A DNA stretch of 56,649 nt, from contig CAZUQT010000002.1 in NCBI GenBank assembly GCA_964622585.1, forward strand, positions 1 to 56,649. The letters run 5' to 3'. A program made the translations under genes and the position numbers. Source of the stretch: an uncultured Elusimicrobiaceae bacterium (GTDB lineage Bacteria; Elusimicrobiota; Elusimicrobia; Elusimicrobiales; UBA9959). Every line of letters begins with the position of its first letter. Positions within the stretch are counted from its first letter, which is position 1. Positions 46,354-53,546 of this stretch are shown here, piece by piece. Below the pieces are notes generated by a model. It was not told where the DNA came from. It worked only from the letters and a program-made list of their open reading frames with translations, and made no database searches.

Positions 46354-47250
46354 TCAGTCCCTGGGAAGGGCCTTAAATATGCTGGTATCAATGTAATAGA
46401 TGGCCGAGTCTTGCCTGCTTTCCTCATCAGTAGTGCTATATACGCAGGCCAGTCGCACTGCTTTTTCCAGGTGTTGGCGGTATAGATCCAGGTTGGCTTT
46501 CGTCATACGGACGGTCATCCTCTTGGCAGCAACGGGTTTGGAACCTGCCAACCACGTCTTCCAGAGATCGCGTAATGTGTCCCGGATCCCCGTCGTCTCC
46601 GGTATCATCGGCATTTTACTAATCACTTTGCCCGCAAACTGGCTGCGTGCCTTGTCCCCTGAAAGATCGATCAAACCCCCGGAAGCCAGTGCTTTGAGCG
46701 CTTTCCTTATTGCCTCAGGTTTAAACCTGGTCGCATTCGACAATTCCCGGACCGTGACCCAGCCCGCCGTGTTGGCCAGGAAGTTCTGACAGATGTGCGT
46801 CACCAGATCTCTGGAGCGCAATTTCCATTGCGCCATTGTCATGTTGATGCTGCGTTGCGAGAGCGCCTGATGGGTAGCCGCTTCAGCCAGTTCTCTGCTG
46901 GGAAGATCCGCATCGGCAGAGGCCGGCGCTGACAGGGTCTGAAGCAGTTCATCTGAGCCTGAGAGCGCCCTGAAATAGGCCCGGACAAGTTCCTGCGCCT
47001 TCGGTGAATGCTTTTCAATGCCCAGCGCGGCAATGATCGCCTTAAGACGCCAACTCTTCGGCAATTTCTTGCCGCGCTCCATATCATAGTAACTCACGAA
47101 GGCAAGCCCCAGGCTTTTGCTCCCGCCGATACTCTTGAAGAATTGGTACGCACCGGAGTAACCCTGCTCTTTCCTGATCCTGGCTAAGGTGCTGCCGAAT
47201 GTTTTGGCGTTAGTCATATTCCGAAAAGTATAACATATCGGTTTAGCCAT
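46354..47250 (-). CDS. XRE-type HTH transcriptional regulator with a ~200-aa C-terminal domain containing a second winged-helix-like segment
   Basis: FGSTLARIRKEQGYSGAYQFFKSIGGSKS...SYYDMERGKKLP is an XRE HTH. The later VTVRELSNATRFKPEAIRKALKALASGGLI looks winged-helix-like. The ATG lies in the centre of a 19-bp palindrome. Confidence 0.7.
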   Translation of the reverse strand: MAKPICYTFRNMTNAKTFGSTLARIRKEQGYSGAYQFFKSIGGSKSLGLAFVSYYDMERGKKLPKSWRLKAIIAALGIEKHSPKAQELVRAYFRALSGSDELLQTLSAPASADADLPSRELAEAATHQALSQRSINMTMAQWKLRSRDLVTHICQNFLANTAGWVTVRELSNATRFKPEAIRKALKALASGGLIDLSGDKARSQFAGKVISKMPMIPETTGIRDTLRDLWKTWLAGSKPVAAKRMTVRMTKANLDLYRQHLEKAVRLACVYSTTDEESRQDSAIYYIDTSIFKALPRD

Positions 47251-47259
47251 AGGCTAAAC
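47241..47259. promoter_or_regulatory. 19-bp perfect palindrome GTTTAGCC-ATA-GGCTAAAC (candidate operator) spanning the XRE gene start codon
   Basis: The arms are exact reverse complements. The CAT of the minus-strand start is at 47248-47250. Confidence 0.55.
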
Positions 47260-47428
47260 TAAAGGCTTTTATATTTAGTCGCCGCTCCTGAATCAAAAGA
47301 CCGGGCCGCTCTGGTTCTTCCGCCTCATGGAATTCATCGGCAGACAGAGTAAACTTATCTCATGAGGTTTTGGAGCAGCACGGTAGCTACATCCGGCACC
47401 AATCAAATAGGGAGAATAATTAAGTATG
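47241..47428 (+). repeat. duplicated regulatory leader, copy 1 (upstream of the FGE-fold gene)
   Basis: By eye roughly three-quarters identical to 48853..49040, with no net indel. Confidence 0.75.
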
Positions 47429-48319
47429 AAAAGATTAGCCTACGCAACAGTAGTAGTATTATTCGGTCTTAACGTTTCATATGCCACGGAGACCGCTCTT
47501 GATTCATTAAGAGCCTCTGTTTCTCCCCCGGTTTTAGGCGGAACAGTTCTGCCGGATATTTCCAAGGGTTACGTCTTAGAGGACGATCTGTCTGCCGGCG
47601 CTCCGGCCACACCGCTAGAATGGATTGCCATCGGCGGGGGGGCTTTAACGATGGGAACCGATGATGACTCCGGTATTTTTGACGATGCCAGGCCGATCCA
47701 TAAAGTAGCCATTAAAACCTTTGAGATGTCCAAGACAGCGGTGACGGTGGAGCAATACGCGGAGTGCGTGATAAAAGGCAAGTGCACGGAGCCAGGCGAC
47801 GTCAAGTATTGCAACTGGGGGAAGGAGGGGCGGCAGCTTCACCCGGTTAACTGCGTGGACTGGGAGCAGGCGAACCAATACGCCAGGTTTAAGGGCGCAA
47901 GACTGCCCAGCGAGTCCGAGTGGGAATACGCGGCGAAAAGCGGCGGCAAGAATCAGAAATATCCATGGGGCAACGAGGAAGCGACCTGTGACAGGGCTGT
48001 AATGCACGGTAATGACGGTGACGGTTGCGGCGCTTATGGCACGATGCCAGTATGTTCAAAACCGGCTGGGAACACCGCGCAGGGTTTGTGCGATATGTCC
48101 GGAAACGTATGGCAGTGGGTCCAGGACAATTACCAGGATTCGTATAACGGCGCGCCTGCGGACGGCAGCGCGTTCAAAAACACGAGCTCCGACCGGGTGC
48201 TGCGCGGCGGCTCCTTCTTCAACAGCGGTGTCAGATACCTGCGGGCCGATTACCGCAACGAGTTCGGTTTTGGCGACCGTTATTCTGAGATCGGGTTCCG
48301 CCTTGCGAGGTCCCGTTAA
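47426..48319 (+). CDS. secreted FGE-sulfatase (SUMF1) fold protein lacking the catalytic cysteines
   Basis: Signal peptide, HKVAIKTFEMSKTAVTVEQY, PVNCVDWEQANQYARFKGARLPSESEWEYAA, GNVWQWVQD, RVLRGGSF...IGFRLARS. There is no Cys in the RGGSFFNSGVRYLRADYR segment, where true FGEs carry two. Confidence 0.88.
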   Translation: MKRLAYATVVVLFGLNVSYATETALDSLRASVSPPVLGGTVLPDISKGYVLEDDLSAGAPATPLEWIAIGGGALTMGTDDDSGIFDDARPIHKVAIKTFEMSKTAVTVEQYAECVIKGKCTEPGDVKYCNWGKEGRQLHPVNCVDWEQANQYARFKGARLPSESEWEYAAKSGGKNQKYPWGNEEATCDRAVMHGNDGDGCGAYGTMPVCSKPAGNTAQGLCDMSGNVWQWVQDNYQDSYNGAPADGSAFKNTSSDRVLRGGSFFNSGVRYLRADYRNEFGFGDRYSEIGFRLARSR

Positions 48320-48421
48320 TGCATGGAGGCTGAAGCCACCGTCAGTTTACGGGTATCCCGTAACGGCAGAGGCGGACCCTGTAAGCGAGTCTCCGGCATA
48401 GACGCGGGTTCTGCGGGTCGT

Positions 48422-48805
48422 TTGAGATCTCATAAGAAAACAGGGGGCATTATAAAAATACTGCTGGTCGAAGATAATGAACTGACGCGGCACGTTCTAA
48501 AGTCCATGCTGATAAAGCTCGGGCATGAAATCGTGGGCGAAGCCGGGGATGGAGATAAAGCGGTCCGGTATTTTACCCGGTCAAAGCCGGACGTGGTTTT
48601 CCTGGACCTTCTCCTGCCCGGAAAATCCGGCATAGAAGTATTGGCGGCCATCCGGCACGTGGATCCAGCAACGCGGGTAGTGATCATAACGGCTGTTGAG
48701 CAGGAAGAGATAAACCGCCAACTTTCTGGCAAGGGCATTCACGCCGTATTGCGCAAACCTTTTTCCTTTGGGGATTTTAAGACACTGATGAGGAATTTGA
48801 CCTGA
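48422..48805 (+). CDS. single-domain response regulator (CheY-like receiver)
   Basis: ILLVEDNE acidic pocket, VVFLDLLLPG phospho-acceptor Asp, IITAV, LRKPF. The start is uncertain: the ORF track begins at 48323, but the receiver fold only starts at about 48455, and 48347-48363 is a perfect hairpin. Confidence 0.75.
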   Translation: MRSHKKTGGIIKILLVEDNELTRHVLKSMLIKLGHEIVGEAGDGDKAVRYFTRSKPDVVFLDLLLPGKSGIEVLAAIRHVDPATRVVIITAVEQEEINRQLSGKGIHAVLRKPFSFGDFKTLMRNLT

Positions 48806-48852
48806 AGCGCCTGTCCGGCACGGGAACAGCGAGGGAAAAACATAATACATCA

Positions 48853-48871
48853 GTTTAGCTATTGGCTAAAC
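48853..48871. promoter_or_regulatory. second copy of the operator-like palindrome (GTTTAGCT-ATT-GGCTAAAC)
   Basis: 7 of 8 arm positions pair. It sits exactly 185 nt before the protease ATG, as copy 1 sits 185 nt before the FGE-fold ATG. Confidence 0.5.
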
Positions 48872-49040
48872 TTAACGAGTTTTTATTTAGCCGCTGCTCC
48901 TGAATCAAAAGACCGGAGCGTTCTGGTTCTTCAGCCTCAGGGAGCTCAGCGGTAAACGAGGTAAACTTAAATCATGAGGTTTCGGAACTGCGTGATAAGC
49001 CGCATCCGGGCCCATAAGTAGGAGAGGTAAACATAATATG
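48853..49040 (+). repeat. duplicated regulatory leader, copy 2 (upstream of the S1 protease gene)
   Basis: See copy 1. Confidence 0.75.
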
Positions 49041-50257
49041 AAAAACCAAATATTCGCGCTATTAAGCCTGGTTATCGCCGCCGGCGCCGGCCCGGCCCAG
49101 GCCGGCGACCCGGTCACGGACCTGCGCGGCAATTGCGGAGATTTTACCCGCGTTTCCACGTATGGCGACGACAACCGGGAAGAATACTGCTCCCGGAACA
49201 TACTACTGCGCGACCTGGCCGATTCTACAGCCGGCCTGTTCACCGACGGCAGCAGCGTTACCCTGAACAATAAGGATTATGTTTTTGACACCGAGACGCT
49301 CGGAGCAAGCCAAGCCTTGGCTCCGGACCAGCGGTTCGCCGACCAGCCGGTGGCGGCTTTCTGCACCGGCTTCCTTGTGGGCGAGGACCTGCTGGTTACC
49401 GCCGGCCATTGCGTTAAAGACCAGCACCCAGGCACCGCCGCTCCCAAGGACCACCCCGGGGCCTGCCTGGAAAACCTCCAATCGGGGGTAGTCTGCGGGA
49501 ACATAAGGGTGGTTTTCGGCTTCAGAAAGGACCTGGGAGGTGTTATCCCCGGGTCAGTACCCGCCGGCAATGTCTACAAGTGCATCGGGGTGGTGGCGCA
49601 CAGCCGTAAAAGCGGCCCCGACTATGCCCTGGTGAGGCTGGACCGGAAGGTTTCCGGCCCGCGCCCGCTGGCTATAAACAGGAACAACTCCGGTCTTTCG
49701 CAAAAAACTCCCTTGTTAGTCATAGGGCACCCGACTGGAATACCCCTTAAAATCGCCGGCGACGCGACGGTCATTTCCTCCGGCACGGACGTCTATGTCA
49801 ATTATCCGGGGGCAGTGAAAAATGGGTAGACAAGGGGTATGCCTTCCTAACTAACCTGGACACCTTCCAGGGCAATTCCGGCAGCCCCGTGTTCAACCTT
49901 AACACGCTGCTGGTTGAAGGCATACTTGTGAGCGGGGACAACGACTACGAGCCCCACCCCGAATATCCCGGCCAGGCTCAGGTCACGAATTACCCCCAGG
50001 CTACCAGCGCGGATCTAGGCAAAGGGGTAGGCGAAGTCTGCACCAAGATCTCGGTGCCTGCGGCCAAGATCCCTGTTACCGACCGCGAGGCGGCCATGCT
50101 GGAAATGAACAGAAAGGCCAAGAACAGGCTTTATCCTGTTATGCTGGAGAGGCTGTACCGGAGGGCCGGTGAGCAACTGCGGCTGCAGCCGCAGGCTATA
50201 CCAATACCGGACTATATAGTCCCGGCCAAACCCAAACCGGACGTGCAGTGGATATAA
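49038..50257 (+). pseudogene. secreted trypsin-like (S1 family) serine protease interrupted by a 1-nt frameshift
   Basis: His in LLVTAGHCV and Asp in DYALVRLD (ORF 49038..49829). The Ser motif DTFQGNSGSPVF lies in the -1 frame upstream of ORF 49889..50257. The frames join at the G5 run 49808-49812. Confidence 0.8.
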
Positions 50258-50325
50258 GGCCGTCCTTTGCTTAACCCCGCCTGCCCGGTGAACGAACAGT
50301 TTTGGCGGAAGTTTAAGGATAAATT

Positions 50326-51075
50326 ATGAAAATTATAATACCGATCTTTATGTTAATTGCTCCGTTTTTGTCGAACTGCATGGTTATCGCGGCCGAGGCC
50401 CCGTCTACCGCAAGTTTCACGGACCTGGAGAATTCTCTGCCGGGAAACTTCGGTACGAACGCTTCCGGCCCGGGAATTCCGGAGTGCGCAAAGCCTGCAG
50501 CTGTTAAAGCGGTTTCGGAAAGCGATAACCGCCGGCTTACGGAAGGCGAACGTGAGATGCTTGAAAAGATCTTCGTAAATGGCGTGAGATATGACGAGGT
50601 TCGTGTATACCACCGCAAATGGACGCTTTTTCAGCCGGAGACCAGAGTAATGTCCCCTGACGGTAACATTTATTACCCGCCTGCTGACCTCAAGGACCCC
50701 TCGGGGAATCTATATTATTCAGAGGATTTCAGCAAAACCGTCGGTTTGGTAAAGCTTGTCTTCATCCATGAAATGGGGCATGTCTATCAATATCATCAGG
50801 GCATAGACGTTATGTCTAGAAGGCTTGGGGAGGGCGGGGTCTATAGGTATAAAATAGAAGCCAACAAGGACCTGAACGACTACACGCTGGAACAGCAAGC
50901 CGAGATAATTAAAGATTATTATCTCTGTCTGGCTGAAAGGAATCTGCTTGAAAGAAGTTGGAACAATGCGCATTGCGTAATTAAATTTACACCGGCGCTC
51001 GATAATTTTGACGAAAATCCGGATTATCTCAGGAAAGCCGAACTAAAGCGCCGGCGCCAGGTGAACCCGTTCTGA
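50326..51075 (+). CDS. secreted HExxH zinc-metallopeptidase-like protein
   Basis: Signal peptide and an FIHEMGHVYQYHQG (HExxH) motif at 50767-50781. From memory, the surrounding pattern (LTEGEREMLEKIF...YDEVRVY...MSPDGNIYYP...EQQAEIIKDYY) resembles small proteins often annotated 'Vgr-related'. Confidence 0.65.
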   Translation: MKIIIPIFMLIAPFLSNCMVIAAEAPSTASFTDLENSLPGNFGTNASGPGIPECAKPAAVKAVSESDNRRLTEGEREMLEKIFVNGVRYDEVRVYHRKWTLFQPETRVMSPDGNIYYPPADLKDPSGNLYYSEDFSKTVGLVKLVFIHEMGHVYQYHQGIDVMSRRLGEGGVYRYKIEANKDLNDYTLEQQAEIIKDYYLCLAERNLLERSWNNAHCVIKFTPALDNFDENPDYLRKAELKRRRQVNPF

Positions 51076-51130
51076 TTTTAACGGATAAGGAATAGCTGTG
51101 GGTAATTTGGGAGAAAAGGGGGATATCTAT

Positions 51131-52339
51131 ATGAACAAGACATTGAGCGGAACATTTATCTCGGCAGCTATTTTATGTGCGCTTCAGCTCCCGGCTGCTG
51201 CTAGTCCCGGCACGCGGGATAAATTCAAGGGCAGAGCCAATGGTACCGAGTTTATCGCCGATTGTGAGAGATATCCCACTCTTAAAGTGTCCCGTTATGG
51301 ATTCGAGTGTGAAATGACTTATCTTGTTAAGCCGTACGGCGCGGATAAACAAATGGAAATCAAGAAGCTTGTTTTTTTCCCTTCTACTGGCCTGGAGAAA
51401 AGATACGCAGACTCCTCCAGCAAAAAGGACAGGGATGCTTTCGAAGCGGATCGCTTGAAACGGATCCAGAAAGTGGTGGCCGTTGACATTAACTACCAAA
51501 GAGATGTTGTCTCTAAAAAAAGCATTTACGATCCTCCAGAACACAAGAGGAAGATTGCCTTGGACCCAGGGCTTGAATCCGTGGATGTTTTAGCCAAAGC
51601 CGACGCCAGGGCCAAGGCCATGGTTAAAGAAAATAACAGTCCGGAAAACAGGAAAACGGCCGAAAGCGTTAAATTCTATCTCGAGAAAGCACGAAAAAGG
51701 GAGAAGGAGAATAGTAAGGCCGCCTGCATTGCTTTCTATACGGCTTATACGGTCGCGGAATCCGCTTACGTTTCCGTGGATGCGGACGCATATTGGGAGG
51801 AAAGAAAAAACGTACTGCATGCCGCTAACGAGATCATGGGGCTTGTTCCATTGCTTGGTCTCCCCGCTGCTGCTAATACTTGCAAAAACGCCCATTCGTT
51901 CGTGAATTATATCTGCTGCGGGTTTGGTATTGCCGGGAACCTTCCAATGCTCAAAGGAGCTAAACTAGTTGAGGAAATTCATGGTGAAGCCATCTGCGCC
52001 GGGTCTGCGGTTCTTGGGGGTTTTAACGCGAGGGCTAACCGTGAAGAAAAGAAGACCCGGTTTGTCCAAGAGGCCGCGAATGCGCTTAATCAGGTGAACG
52101 TGTGCGTTAAAAAAAAGGTTTCGTCTTTTGAGGAGATCCGGAGTGCTGGTGAGGCAAACCTTCGAAAAAGGACGGGCGGTTCCCCGCAGGAGCCCTGCGA
52201 TGAGCGTGTTCCCTATCCGTTTCGGGCGATCAAATGCGAGGGCTCCAAGTGCGAAGCCCTGTGGAGCTGCGGTCCGGAAAATATTAACAGAAGCTATCGT
52301 ACCTTCAATGCTGACGTAAACTCACTGCGAAAAAGATGA
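51131..52339 (+). CDS. secreted Cys-rich hypothetical protein
   Basis: AAGGGGG SD sequence before the ATG at 51131. Signal peptide MNKTLSGTFISAAILCALQLPAAASP and many Cys residues (CERYP, CEMTY, NTCKN, ICCG, CEGSKCEALWSC). No family recognised. Confidence 0.6.
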   Translation: MNKTLSGTFISAAILCALQLPAAASPGTRDKFKGRANGTEFIADCERYPTLKVSRYGFECEMTYLVKPYGADKQMEIKKLVFFPSTGLEKRYADSSSKKDRDAFEADRLKRIQKVVAVDINYQRDVVSKKSIYDPPEHKRKIALDPGLESVDVLAKADARAKAMVKENNSPENRKTAESVKFYLEKARKREKENSKAACIAFYTAYTVAESAYVSVDADAYWEERKNVLHAANEIMGLVPLLGLPAAANTCKNAHSFVNYICCGFGIAGNLPMLKGAKLVEEIHGEAICAGSAVLGGFNARANREEKKTRFVQEAANALNQVNVCVKKKVSSFEEIRSAGEANLRKRTGGSPQEPCDERVPYPFRAIKCEGSKCEALWSCGPENINRSYRTFNADVNSLRKR

Positions 52340-52440
52340 AGAGAGGGTCCCCTGGCCGGAGTAAGTCTTTAAAAAAGTTACTGCCCCCGCGGCAGGCCGC
52401 CTGAACGCGTACAAGCTTTCTATTGGATGCTTATGGGAGC

Positions 52441-53322
52441 TTACTTGGGAGCGCTGAGTCTTTTCTGGATCTCCAGGCGGAGTTCCAGGATGACGTTCAC
52501 GTAGTTTTTGGAATGATTGTAGCCGTACAGGGCTTTCCAGGGGCCGGAGTTTTCGGCGAAGCCGGGGGAGGAGAAATAATCGTGCTTGACCAGGTAGTTG
52601 GAGATGCTGGCCAGCGCGTCCGGCCAGATAAAGAGGTCGGGGTAGGCGTCGCCGTCGAAATCGGCGGCGTAAGCGTTATAGGAGGACGGCATGAACTGGC
52701 CCAGCCCGAAAGCGCCCGCATAGGAGCCGAGCAGGGCGAACGGGTCTTTCTTCCTGGCATAGGAAAGCTTTAAGAGTTCCGCGATCTCTTTGGACGCCCA
52801 GGCCGAGCGCCGGGGGATCCTTTCGGCGATGGTGTTCAAGGCGTTGAAAACGATATATTTGCCGCGGTTCTCGCCATAGTTGCTCTCCACTCCGACGAGC
52901 CCGGCAAGAAGGAAAGTGTCTACGCCGTACTTCTGATTAACGGCCGCCAGAATATCCTTGTTAGCGGCATAGAACTGCGCCCCGCCGGCTATCCTTTTCT
53001 CGGTCAGGAGGAGCTTCCTGTATTGCTCGTAGGTCAGGCTCTCGGCCGGTTTGTTCATCGCCGTCACTATCTCTTCATGGATCTTCACGCGCGGGTCCGC
53101 GAAAGCCGCTTTCGCATAGCTTTCCGGCACGCCCGAACCTTTGAGCGCGGCGAGAACGGCCTGGTAAACGTCGGCGGGGACGGCCTGGGCTTTATCAGCG
53201 GAAACCTGGGACCTGTCGAAGGAGGAAAAAATGTCTCCCGCCGTCAATTCTTCCGCCCTGGCGGCGGAAGCGGCGGCCGCCAGAAGGATAAGCGGCAGAA
53301 ATGTTTTAAATATGATCTTCAC
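52441..53322 (-). CDS. mltB: lytic murein transglycosylase (MltB/SLT_2 type)
   Basis: Signal peptide, GLVGVESNYG catalytic Glu context, AGAFGLGQFMPSSY and GYNHSKNYV. Confidence 0.82.
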   Translation of the reverse strand: MKIIFKTFLPLILLAAAASAARAEELTAGDIFSSFDRSQVSADKAQAVPADVYQAVLAALKGSGVPESYAKAAFADPRVKIHEEIVTAMNKPAESLTYEQYRKLLLTEKRIAGGAQFYAANKDILAAVNQKYGVDTFLLAGLVGVESNYGENRGKYIVFNALNTIAERIPRRSAWASKEIAELLKLSYARKKDPFALLGSYAGAFGLGQFMPSSYNAYAADFDGDAYPDLFIWPDALASISNYLVKHDYFSSPGFAENSGPWKALYGYNHSKNYVNVILELRLEIQKRLSAPK

Positions 53323-53390
53323 ATCTATAGTGTAGCCCGCGGACGCAAGTTCCCCAAGGGCCGAAAGTCCTACTTCCTCTTTGCCAACCG

Positions 53391-53546
53391 CCCTTTACTG
53401 CACACCTGCCATATCCTAGAATCTAGTTATGGACAAAGCGATCGCGGCAAGGGAGATCCTGCTTCTTGGGGCTTTCGACGAGGCCAGGGCTGTCGCGCTT
53501 AAAGCCGGCATCGAGATAATACCGCTGAAAGGCGCCGCCCTCCTCG
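53391..53546 (+). repeat. right direct repeat (intact promoter and 5' end of the nucleotidyltransferase gene)
   Basis: See the left repeat. It contains 61 nt (53458-53518) that are missing from the left copy. Confidence 0.65.
53394..53429 (+). promoter_or_regulatory. promoter/operator cassette copy C: TTTACT-N17-TAGAAT-N6-ATG (nucleotidyltransferase), palindrome CTAGAATCTAG at 53416-53426
   Basis: Read directly. Confidence 0.6.

Larger units (their letters stand above)
46256..53390. mobile_element. candidate genomic island / inserted accessory block with no recognisable mobility gene
   Basis: Bracketed by the direct repeats above. 46.3-52.4 kb is visibly more AT-rich than the flanks. Contents are regulator plus secreted enzymes. 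Confidence 0.4.

Noticed and set aside
48323-48421. ATG at 48323 as the start of the island receiver (160-aa version)
   Set aside because: The first ~40 residues are R/G/S-rich, precede the receiver fold, and include a perfect DNA hairpin (48347-48363). They are more likely non-coding. The true start remains uncertain, so this rejection is only tentative.
47426-52339. A complete diversity-generating retroelement in the island
   Set aside because: No reverse transcriptase, Avd or template repeat matching the 3' end of the FGE-fold gene is visible anywhere in the window. Only the 'possible orphan VR' idea is kept as a finding.
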